In this document: in pieces, positions 18,890 to 27,319 of the stretch | Numbering within the stretch: the first letter of the stretch is position 1 | Layout: the number at the start of each line of letters is the position of its first letter | Origin: Chitinophagaceae bacterium | Lineage (GTDB): Bacteria; Bacteroidota; Bacteroidia; Chitinophagales; Chitinophagaceae | DNA: 57,354 nt | Assembly (NCBI GenBank): GCA_049644925.1 | Contig: JBARSW010000206.1 | Span: 1 to 57,354, forward strand | Direction: 5' to 3' | The notes under the pieces: model-generated | Told to the model about the DNA's origin: nothing | Databases searched by the model: none | Seen by the model: the letters and a program-made list of their open reading frames with translations, nothing else | Program-made: the position numbers and the translations under genes

Positions 18890-19041
18890 GATTTTTTTTG
18901 CCAGTGTTACTGCTTCTCCCAACGAAAGAACCTGTGTTTTTCAAAATTTACTGCAAGTTCCATACCTGGTGAAAGGGGAACAAATGTCTGGAGAATGTCA
19001 ATAAGGGGTTTGTTAGCATAATATATCGCGATACTGATCTT
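18890..19041 (-). pseudogene. Internally deleted NarL-family response regulator remnant
   Basis: Translates KISIAIYYANKPLIDILQTFVPLSPGMELAVNFEK, then (shifted frame) QVLSLGEAVTLA. These match the N- and C-termini of the 20484-21119 regulator. ATG is replaced by AAG; same 25-bp gap from the kinase stop. Confidence 0.85.
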
Positions 19042-19045
19042 AGCA

Positions 19046-19092
19046 CAAAACTATTGTTTGCTATATTTAGCCCAGATGACTAATTATAGCAA
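19046..19092 (-). promoter_or_regulatory. Motif copy (19077-19092) inside kinase 3' end plus -7 box TAGTTTTG (19046-19053)
   Basis: tgacta-atta-tagcaa encodes IAIISH; 23-bp gap to a consensus TAnnTTTG. Confidence 0.6.
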
Positions 19093-20386
19093 TTGGAAAA
19101 CTGCATGTAAGAGTTACGCCTTTGCCTGGAAGAGTATCAATGGAAGTGTTCCCAATTAGCTGTTTGCACCTTTGTTCTATATTACTCAGGCCATTGCCAC
19201 TGTTTTCTTTATTTAAATCAAAGCCTATTCCATTGTCTGTTATTTTCAACACGACAAATTCACCCTGTTGATAGAACTTTATTATACTTTCCGTTGCCAT
19301 GCTATATTTGGCAATATTATTAATGGCTTCTTTGGCTATTAATAATATGTTTTTTCTTGCAAGTGGATTAATTATTTTTTCTGTTAATTCCTCATCAATA
19401 TCAAGGATAACTGTAATGTTTTTTACAGCAAGTAATTCATGTGTGTAGTTCCTGAGTCTTGTTGTAATTGAATTTTTCTCTTCTACAGGTGATTTAAGAC
19501 TCCAGACAATATCACTCATCCTTTCCATCAATTCTTTTGATTGTATAGAAATTTTTCCAACCATTTCTTTGCTTTGTTCAGGTTTTGTATCCCACACTGC
19601 ACCAGCCAGGTCTCCATAGATATGCATACTGCTGAGTGTAGCTCCCACATCATCATGCAGATCAGCGCTTATCCTGGTTCTTTCATTGGCCAGTGTTAAT
19701 TGCTTTTCAATTTCAAGTTTTGTTTTTTCTTTTTGTTCCAGTTTTGTTTTAAAATTCAAGCCATAGTTCAGGAATAATAATTCGCCAATTATCCCTAATT
19801 CAATATAAGATGCATAGTAAGTTGCAGGCATCATTCCTTTAGTGATAAACAATGAATCAATTAAACTTCCACTTGCACAAAAAACCAGTATACTACTTCC
19901 GATAACCAATATTGTGGTAAGCTTGTTATTTTTTCTTAATAAATAATACACAACGCCTAAGGAATAAATCACCAAAATGAGATGGATAATATTGAAAAGC
20001 CTGTCTAAAGTATTAAATGGCATAACGCCGGATACTTGAAATATTATATCAATAGACCCGATAAAGATTAAGAATGTTGCTACATACTTTAATTGCCTGC
20101 TAAAGATGGGATACAATATATTACTGTTTGTAAATAGTCGTCCAAATTTAAAATATGTTCCATATGCCACTGTAATCACCCCCCTGCCAATTACACTGAT
20201 TTCTTCATTGGTTTTGAACCAATTAAAATAAATTGCTGGAGTCATTTTTGAAGTGATATACAGCGTTACAAAAAGTGTATAAATAAAATAATAAATAAAC
20301 TCCGTTCTTTTAAATAAGGTATACTGGAAGACTATATAAATCATCTGAAAGATGACCATGCCTAAAAATATACTATAGATGTTCAT
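19067..20386 (-). CDS. Multi-TM (7TM-DISM-like) sensor histidine kinase, HisKA_3/NarX type
   Basis: About seven hydrophobic helices; RISADLHDDVG H-box; KEAINNIAKYS, DNGIGF, GNGL. Confidence 0.93.
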   Translation of the reverse strand: MNIYSIFLGMVIFQMIYIVFQYTLFKRTEFIYYFIYTLFVTLYITSKMTPAIYFNWFKTNEEISVIGRGVITVAYGTYFKFGRLFTNSNILYPIFSRQLKYVATFLIFIGSIDIIFQVSGVMPFNTLDRLFNIIHLILVIYSLGVVYYLLRKNNKLTTILVIGSSILVFCASGSLIDSLFITKGMMPATYYASYIELGIIGELLFLNYGLNFKTKLEQKEKTKLEIEKQLTLANERTRISADLHDDVGATLSSMHIYGDLAGAVWDTKPEQSKEMVGKISIQSKELMERMSDIVWSLKSPVEEKNSITTRLRNYTHELLAVKNITVILDIDEELTEKIINPLARKNILLIAKEAINNIAKYSMATESIIKFYQQGEFVVLKITDNGIGFDLNKENSGNGLSNIEQRCKQLIGNTSIDTLPGKGVTLTCSFPIAIISHLG

Positions 20387-20483
20387 TATTATTTAGTGTC
20401 AATATAAAATGTTTTCGAAATACTTATTTTATAAAAACAAGCTTTTGCAATATTAATGGAGGATGAAAAATATTACAATCGAT

Positions 20484-21119
20484 TTATTTTGCAAGTCCCT
20501 TTTGATGCGCCAACGCCACCGCTTCACCTAAAGAATTCACTTGTAGCTTTTCGTAGATCTTTTTTATATGATTATTAACTGTAAAATAACTGATGCCCAT
20601 TTTGTCGGCTATCATTTTATAACTAAGTCCAGCAGAAAGAAGTTTTAATACTTCGTTTTCTTTAGCAGTTAGTTTATAATCCTTAGTAATTTCAACAGGC
20701 GTCTGGCTGAAAAACCGCATTACTTTCAACGCAATGGAAGGGCTCATACCGGCACCACCATTTATTACATCATCAATACTTTGTGAAATCTGGTGTACTG
20801 ATGCATTCTTTAAAATATAGCCTTCTGCACCAGCTCGAAGGGCAGCGAACACTTTATCGTCATCATCAAAAGCAGTTTGCATGATGATTTTTATGTGGGG
20901 AAAATGCTTTTTTGCCAGTGCAACTCCGCTGATGCCATCTGTGCCCGGCATCTCGATATCCATTAGTATTACATCCGGTTTTGTGCTGGCAATATCGTCT
21001 ATTATGGTATCGCAGTTTTCAAAACTTCCGGCAAATTCCAACTCATTATACAATTGCAAAAAGGCCTGAAGGCTTTCTCTTCTTGCTTTATTATCATCAT
21101 AAACTGCAATTCTGATCAT
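20484..21119 (-). CDS. NarL/LuxR-family response regulator
   Basis: YDDN, DVILMDIEMPG, GAEGYILK receiver; LTAKENEVL...TVNNHIKKIYEKL helix-turn-helix. Confidence 0.96.
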   Translation of the reverse strand: MIRIAVYDDNKARRESLQAFLQLYNELEFAGSFENCDTIIDDIASTKPDVILMDIEMPGTDGISGVALAKKHFPHIKIIMQTAFDDDDKVFAALRAGAEGYILKNASVHQISQSIDDVINGGAGMSPSIALKVMRFFSQTPVEITKDYKLTAKENEVLKLLSAGLSYKMIADKMGISYFTVNNHIKKIYEKLQVNSLGEAVALAHQKGLAK

Positions 21120-21123
21120 TTAA

Positions 21124-21170
21124 CAAAAATATATTATCATAAGCTTACCCTGCATGACTAATTGTAGCTA
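21124..21170 (-). promoter_or_regulatory. Motif copy (21155-21170) inside kinase 3' end plus -7 box TATTTTTG (21124-21131), upstream of response regulator
   Basis: tgacta-attg-tagcta encodes IATISH; 23-bp gap to the -7 box, which ends 4 nt before the ATG. Confidence 0.65.
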
Positions 21171-24100
21171 TTGGAAAGTTGCAGGTTATATGAGTGCCCT
21201 TTCCTGGCGATGTGTTTAACAGGTAGCTCCCTTTCAGTATTTCACAGCGCTGTTGCATATTCTGAAGCCCATTACCCGGCTTAAGTTTAGCAATGTCAAT
21301 ACCCTTGCCATTATCTTTTATCTCCAGCAACAGGTTGTCATTTTGCTTATAGAGGCTGATCGTTGCAACCGAAGCATTACTGTATTTGGCAATATTATTC
21401 ATGGCTTCTTTGGCAATCAGCAATATATTTTTCCTGGCCACCGGGTTAATAATAAGTTTGCTTACAGCTTCATCTATCTGAAACTCACACAAAATGTTTT
21501 TTGCCGCAAGCAGTTCATTACTGTAATTTTTAAGTCTTCCTGAAAGAGTATTTTTATCCTCGTCTGCAAACTTCAGACTCCAAACAATATCACCCATGCG
21601 GTTCATCAGCTCTTTGGCCTGAGTGGTAATTTTTTTTACCATTTCCTTACTTTGCTCAGGCTTGGATTCCCATACTTCATTAACCAGGTCTCCATAAATA
21701 TGCATACTGCTGAGTGTGCCTCCTACATCATCATGCAGGTCGGCAATGATGCGTTCCCTTTCCTGCTGTACCGCCATTTGCCTTTCAAGTATTCCTTTTT
21801 GTCTGCGAAGTTTTGAACGCACAAATAATCGAATAGTCAGAAACAATAAAGAAGTAAGCAGAAACAGAATAATCAGCCTGAACCAGATAGTTTGCCACCA
21901 GGGAGGAAAAATTGTAATATCAATTTGCTTTGTGTAGTATGTTTCCCCGGACTTTGGATCAACAGCCTTTGCTATGAACTGGTATTTTCCGGGTACAAGA
22001 TTGGCATAATAAACAAAATTTCTGTTGCCGGAATTTATCCAAGATTTGTCTGCCCTTTTAAGCCAGTATGCATAGACAGGCTTTGTTTCTGTATTGGGTC
22101 TCAGTAATGAAAATTCTATACTGATGTCATTATCGAAGTAGTTTACTTCAATCTTATTATCAGTCATATTATTTATTATAATGTCCTTTTGTCCTGCCCT
22201 GACTGAAGTAAGGAGGATTCTTGAAGGATACTCACTAATGAAAAAACGGTCTGCCTGAACCTGTACCAACTTATCTTTTCTGAAAAAAATAAAACTACTA
22301 TTAGGCCCCGTTAATATATTTTGCAGTACATCGTTATTTAATTCCGGTAATTGTATCCCTGTTCTAACAATGTCTTCTTTGCCGGCAGCTTTATAAAAAA
22401 TTTCCGTTGGTGTAGAGATCCAGAGATTTCTATGATTATCCATCTCCGTCTGAAAAACAAAATCTGATTGCAGACCTTTGTTCCCGCTATAAGTCAGGAA
22501 AGAATTCTTTGTTGTATTATACAACAATAATCCTCCACCATAAGTACTCAGCCAGACTGAACTACTATCATTCTCAGTAATATAATTAATAGTATTGGCA
22601 GCTCTTGATTCCGGAAGACTTACATCTACAGCATAATGGATAATCGCACCATCACTTATACAAAATTTTGAAAATCCCTTACCCCCGTTATAACCAATCC
22701 AGAGATATTTTCTGTCCTTGGATAAAACAGCACAAATGATCCAGTCAGATTGCAGTTTTCCGGCAACTCCGGCAGTGATATGTTTCTTCAAACTACCATC
22801 CTGACCAAAAATATATAAGCCTTTGGACCATGTAGCAACATATATTAAACCATTGCCCCCATCCAGAATTGACTGTACTTTACTTTCAAGTGTTAGTAAT
22901 TCCTTAAGCCTTTTATGGGTTAGGTCATAACAGTAAATCGTACCATTTGCTACATACCACAATAAATTGTTGGAAGTAAGGTGCATTTTATCAACATGCA
23001 GATTACCGGCAAAAAGATGTTTCCTGATACTGAATTTTTGTCCGGATAAATACGAATAAATTCCATGGGTAGTAGCCACAAAATAACTTACACTGTCTTT
23101 TTGAACAATATCCTTTATCTCAAATTTTACATTGGAAATGTTATCGCCATGTTTAAATGTGGTGATGGCAATTGCCTGTATGGCCGGATTAAAAATATTA
23201 ATACCAGTGTTGGAGGCTATCCAGTAACAACCGGCTTTATCTATATACAGATAATTGCTTTCATCTGATAAAGCTGATTGGTCATGTACATTCGAAAGAA
23301 AAGAAGAATCAATGCTGTTACTTTTTGTTTCCAGTATCTGTGTTTTCCAGGTAAAGAAATGTAACCATACTTTACCGGCATTATCTATGCTAATTTTGCG
23401 TAGCCCTTTTCCTTCAAGGAGAAGTTTTTTATGAATGGTATTCAGCCTGAAATCATAAAAAAGTAACCTGCCATTATCCTGATGAGTTGCAAACCAAATC
23501 CCTTTTCCTTCTTCTATCGTGAAATTAGTTATACCTGTATAATCAAACAGTTTCCATTGCTGAGTATGCTCAGGTGTTGAATAAAATTTCTTTTGCGTGA
23601 TATTGTAAAAGGCAAATCTTTGCCCTATCAACGTCCAAATTCCATTCAACTGTCTGTCGAAAGCAACCTGTACAACAGATCCTGGAGGAATACTATATGC
23701 ATCCTTTCGGTTATTTTCAAACAAAGTCCATTTTTGCCGGTCAATATTGAAGCACCACAGGCCTCCTGCAGCCACCCAGATGTTGCCGCTATTATCCATG
23801 TCAAAAGACCTTACAATATTGTTGTATCCCGGTGAAATCGCCGGGTGGCTTAAATAATATCGGGTAAAAGTTCCATTTTTTTTATTATACCTGTTTATAC
23901 CCTGATAAGTGCCAATCCAGATATTGCCCTGCTTATCTTCCAGTAAACTATAACAGAGATTATTGGATAGAGATAAACTATCATTGGCATTCTTCCTGTA
24001 ATTTTTACAATAAGTCCCGTCAAATCTGCTGAGGCCGTCTTCAGTGGCTATCCAGTAATACCCTTCTGAGTCCTGTAAAATACTATTGCACCTGTTGGAT

Positions 24101-24222
24101 ACCAGCCCTTGTTCCGCTGTTAGATGATAGAAAATGGAACCGGGTTGTGCATTGATGATATCTGAAAATAAAATACCAGTTAATATTAACAACGATATAT
24201 AAACTTTAAGTCGTACTGACAT
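21145..24222 (-). CDS. Sensor histidine kinase with periplasmic beta-propeller (Reg_prop) and Y_Y_Y domains, HisKA_3 type
   Basis: Signal/TM segment; repeated D..G.IWIGT blades; YANLVPGKYQF; PPWWQT-TM; RIIADLHDDVG H-box. Confidence 0.94.
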   Translation of the reverse strand: MSVRLKVYISLLILTGILFSDIINAQPGSIFYHLTAEQGLVSNRCNSILQDSEGYYWIATEDGLSRFDGTYCKNYRKNANDSLSLSNNLCYSLLEDKQGNIWIGTYQGINRYNKKNGTFTRYYLSHPAISPGYNNIVRSFDMDNSGNIWVAAGGLWCFNIDRQKWTLFENNRKDAYSIPPGSVVQVAFDRQLNGIWTLIGQRFAFYNITQKKFYSTPEHTQQWKLFDYTGITNFTIEEGKGIWFATHQDNGRLLFYDFRLNTIHKKLLLEGKGLRKISIDNAGKVWLHFFTWKTQILETKSNSIDSSFLSNVHDQSALSDESNYLYIDKAGCYWIASNTGINIFNPAIQAIAITTFKHGDNISNVKFEIKDIVQKDSVSYFVATTHGIYSYLSGQKFSIRKHLFAGNLHVDKMHLTSNNLLWYVANGTIYCYDLTHKRLKELLTLESKVQSILDGGNGLIYVATWSKGLYIFGQDGSLKKHITAGVAGKLQSDWIICAVLSKDRKYLWIGYNGGKGFSKFCISDGAIIHYAVDVSLPESRAANTINYITENDSSSVWLSTYGGGLLLYNTTKNSFLTYSGNKGLQSDFVFQTEMDNHRNLWISTPTEIFYKAAGKEDIVRTGIQLPELNNDVLQNILTGPNSSFIFFRKDKLVQVQADRFFISEYPSRILLTSVRAGQKDIIINNMTDNKIEVNYFDNDISIEFSLLRPNTETKPVYAYWLKRADKSWINSGNRNFVYYANLVPGKYQFIAKAVDPKSGETYYTKQIDITIFPPWWQTIWFRLIILFLLTSLLFLTIRLFVRSKLRRQKGILERQMAVQQERERIIADLHDDVGGTLSSMHIYGDLVNEVWESKPEQSKEMVKKITTQAKELMNRMGDIVWSLKFADEDKNTLSGRLKNYSNELLAAKNILCEFQIDEAVSKLIINPVARKNILLIAKEAMNNIAKYSNASVATISLYKQNDNLLLEIKDNGKGIDIAKLKPGNGLQNMQQRCEILKGSYLLNTSPGKGTHITCNFPIATISHAG

Positions 24223-24344
24223 CCGGGAATTAAGATAAGGTAAAATTTGTTATTTTAAAAAACGATTGAATATGCCTATGATAAGCTGGAAAGCGATGGG
24301 GTGAAAAGATGAAGTAAAATTCAATAAGGAAGAATTTTATATAA

Positions 24345-24628
24345 TGAATGCGGCCTGACAAAAACCGGGTTCTTGCTGAATGTGCAACTTTCTGAAGATA
24401 AAAGTGAATTTGTTTTCAACAAAGATTTTATGGAATGCCTGCGGGATGAACCGGCGGCAAAATTATTTTTTGAAAGTTTACCCGGCGCACATCAAGGATA
24501 CTTCAGTAAATGGATTGACGATGCTAAAAAAAACCTGCGAAAGTGATACGGTTTACAATGGCAGTAAATACACTGGCCAAAAATGTGGTTATGCGGGGAT
24601 GATAATGTCACAGAAGAATGATTCCTGA
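24345..24628 (+). pseudogene. Degenerate partial copy of the ydeI/OmdA-family gene
   Basis: KTGFLLNVQLSEDKSEFVFNKDFMECLRDEPAAKLFFESLPGAHQGYFSKWIDDAK, then frameshifts to PAKVIRFTMAVNTLAK and KCGYAGMI; collinear with the 3' half of 6926-7423. Confidence 0.9.
24385..24441 (+). repeat. 57-bp perfect direct repeat, copy 2
   Basis: Identical to 7187-7243. Confidence 0.95.
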
Positions 24629-24723
24629 ATTACTTTAAGGCATCTTTAAATATGTTGTATTCTCAGCTTGTATGTCCAATGTAAAATAAATAAATCTCCG
24701 TATTTATTCCTTTTATTTGCATT

Positions 24724-26100
24724 ATGATTTCTTCAATAAATGATTTCAAAAACCCTTTCTTCATCGGCATTGCCGGAGTGGGAATGAGTGCCATTGCCCA
24801 GTATCTGAAAGGAATTGGCAAAAATGTTTATGGTAGCGACCGGTTTTTTGCTCCCGGGGTTTTCAATGATGTACAGGAAAAACTGGAGGCAACCGGCATA
24901 AAATGTTTTGTACAGAATGGGGAAGGCATTACTGATGAAACTGATTTGATCGTTGTTTCCTCTGCTATTGAAGATACTGTGATGGAAGTACAGAAAGCGA
25001 AGGAATTGAATATTCCTATTATAAAAAGGTCTGAATTATTGTCAATCATAGCAGCTAGTAAGAAAACAATTGCTGTTGGTGGCACCAGTGGTAAGAGCAC
25101 TACCAGTGCCATGTTGTTTGATATATTGGAATATGCCGGTTTGCAACCAAGCATTATCAGCGGAGCCGGGTTAATAAGTATTATTAAAGAAGGAAAAATA
25201 GGCAATGCAAAAGTAGGGGCGGGAGAGTGGCTGGTGATTGAAGCAGATGAAAGTGATGGATCTATTGTACAATACAAGCCTGAGATAGGGTTACTGCTGA
25301 ATATTGATAAGGACCACCAGGAAATAGAAGAGCTGATGAGCCTGTTTGGTACATTCAGAGATAACAGTAAGAAGTTTGTGGTGAACCAATCGCATCCGCT
25401 TACAAAGCAACTTTCACAAAATGTGCAATATGATTTTTCTACAGATGTGAATTTACCTGCCGGATATACTGCTTCAGATTTTTTTCAAAAAGGATTAGCA
25501 ATATCCTTTAAAATAAATAAAGTTGCATTTAACCTGAAACTGGTCGGAAAACATAATATGGAAAATGCGGTGGCTGCATCAGCAGTGGCAAACCAGGCAG
25601 GTGTTAAGTTGGCCGTTTGTGCTGAAGCATTGCATAAATATGAGGGTATCTATAGAAGGCACCAGGTACTTGGAAAAAAATACGGCGTTTGGCTTATTGA
25701 TGATTATGCCCATAACCCGGTTAAATGCGCTGCAGCTATTTCGGCTTGTCAGCCCATTGCCCCAAAAGTGATTGCCTGGTTCCAGCCACATGGTTACAAA
25801 CCAACAAAATTTTTGCGGGATGATTTTGTGAAAGAAATTGCCGGTGTACTGCGAAAGGAAGATGAAATCTGGATGAGTGAAATATTTTATGCCGGTGGTA
25901 CTGCTGTAAAAGATATTTCAGCCAATGATTTGATCAATGACTTAAAAGTATTGGATAAACAGGCCTTCTTTACAGAGAACAGGAATGATTTTTTAAATGC
26001 TGCCCGGCCACATCTTACCAATAATTGTGTTGTATTACTTATGGGAGCCAGGGACCCATCACTGGAACTGTTTGCAAAACAAGTTTGGCAGGAATTATGA
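24724..26100 (+). CDS. MurC/Mpl-like Mur ligase family protein
   Basis: FIGIAGVGMSAIA, GGTSGKSTTS P-loop, EADESDGS, DDYAHNP, FQPH; stand-alone, not in a dcw cluster. Confidence 0.88.
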   Translation: MISSINDFKNPFFIGIAGVGMSAIAQYLKGIGKNVYGSDRFFAPGVFNDVQEKLEATGIKCFVQNGEGITDETDLIVVSSAIEDTVMEVQKAKELNIPIIKRSELLSIIAASKKTIAVGGTSGKSTTSAMLFDILEYAGLQPSIISGAGLISIIKEGKIGNAKVGAGEWLVIEADESDGSIVQYKPEIGLLLNIDKDHQEIEELMSLFGTFRDNSKKFVVNQSHPLTKQLSQNVQYDFSTDVNLPAGYTASDFFQKGLAISFKINKVAFNLKLVGKHNMENAVAASAVANQAGVKLAVCAEALHKYEGIYRRHQVLGKKYGVWLIDDYAHNPVKCAAAISACQPIAPKVIAWFQPHGYKPTKFLRDDFVKEIAGVLRKEDEIWMSEIFYAGGTAVKDISANDLINDLKVLDKQAFFTENRNDFLNAARPHLTNNCVVLLMGARDPSLELFAKQVWQEL

Positions 26101-26111
26101 TTGCCGGTTGT

Positions 26112-26603
26112 TTACAAAACAAATTCTGCAATATTTTCTTTTGCAACCGGGAGAAACATATACCAGCATAAAGCCATTAACAATCCGGGATGTGCTGTGC
26201 CGCTAAGATTTTTTTCTTTAGCAAAATGTAAATCGGTTGCCCCTTCATTTACCTTAAGTCCACAGGTTACAAATGGATTGTCTTTTGATTCTTTATATAA
26301 TACCATTTCTGCGAGAGGATTGTTGTGAGTGTTATAAAAAAACCTCTCTCCATGTACATCAATAAAATTTTCTTTGTGTTCTGTGCCCAGTTCACCTATT
26401 TTAAATCCGTATTCATCCCTGATAACAGTTTTATGTCGTCTGAATCCTTCTTTTCGGATCAGGAACACCCTTTTTTGATTATTGCATTCTACCCTGGCTG
26501 AATTGGAAAATGGGTTTAAGGTAAGTGTAAGGATTATTTTTTCATCCTTATACAAATTATAAATTTCGTTACCCGAAGTTGTTGTGGAAGATTCCCATCT
26601 CAT
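26112..26603 (-). CDS. Hypothetical protein
   Basis: 163 aa ORF with natural composition. Confidence 0.7.
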   Translation of the reverse strand: MRWESSTTTSGNEIYNLYKDEKIILTLTLNPFSNSARVECNNQKRVFLIRKEGFRRHKTVIRDEYGFKIGELGTEHKENFIDVHGERFFYNTHNNPLAEMVLYKESKDNPFVTCGLKVNEGATDLHFAKEKNLSGTAHPGLLMALCWYMFLPVAKENIAEFVL

Positions 26604-26770
26604 AATAATTGGTTTTATGGTTGATGTTTCATGTAAAAGGTACTAACCTTTTTTTGGTAGCCGTTACTTTGCCCAAAATTTAATATTAACTTCATATTGG
26701 AAAGAATTTGGTGAATTTTCTGTGGATAATCGCTAAAAAACACCAATTTGGATCTTTTAAAAAAAATCCG

Positions 26771-27250
26771 GTGACAAAAGAGAGAGATAAAAAGTATTTA
26801 GAAAAGGCCATAGAGTTATCCGGCAGGGCCCGAATTAATGGAAAAGGCGGCCCTTTTGGTTGTGTGGTAGTTTTTGGGGATGAAATTATTGGGGAGGGAT
26901 ACAACCAGGTTACCAGCTCAAACGATCCGACTGCACATGCCGAAGTAGTGGCAATCAGGGAGGCTTGTAAAAAATTGGGATCCTATCAACTTACAGATTG
27001 TGAAATTTATACCAGTTGCGAGCCTTGTCCCATGTGTCTCGGGGCAATTTACTGGGCAAGACCCAAAAGAGTAATATTTGCCAACACAAGAGAAGAGGCA
27101 GCCGCAATAGAGTTTGATGACGATTTTATCTATAATGAGATAAATACTGAGATTAAGGATAGGAAAATATCTTTTGTACACTATCCACATCCCAAAGCAA
27201 AGGAAGTATTTGAAGAATGGAAAAAATGGGAAGGGAAAACTAAGTATTGA
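26771..27250 (+). CDS. Zinc-dependent nucleoside/guanine deaminase (GuaD-like)
   Basis: GGPFG, DPTAHAEVVAIR, SCEPCPMCLGAIYW; start probably the GTG at 26771. Confidence 0.9.
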   Translation: MTKERDKKYLEKAIELSGRARINGKGGPFGCVVVFGDEIIGEGYNQVTSSNDPTAHAEVVAIREACKKLGSYQLTDCEIYTSCEPCPMCLGAIYWARPKRVIFANTREEAAAIEFDDDFIYNEINTEIKDRKISFVHYPHPKAKEVFEEWKKWEGKTKY

Positions 27251-27273
27251 TTTTAAATTAGCTCATAAAATAT

Positions 27274-27309
27274 AAATGAAGCCCGGAATTATCCAGGCTT
27301 CATTTTTTT
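27274..27309. terminator. Bidirectional intrinsic terminator
   Basis: aaatgaagcc ... ggcttcatttttttt between convergent genes. Confidence 0.75.
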
Positions 27310-27319
27310 GATTTTTCAA

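Larger units (their letters stand above)
7187..24441. mobile_element. Putative ~17 kb genomic island bounded by duplicated ydeI sequence (no integrase seen)
   Basis: Direct-repeat boundaries; all cargo genes on the minus strand; self-contained two-component system plus exported-protein operons. Confidence 0.5.

Noticed and set aside
24380..24628. 82-aa ORF as a novel gene
   Set aside because: It is mostly an off-frame reading of the frameshifted ydeI copy.
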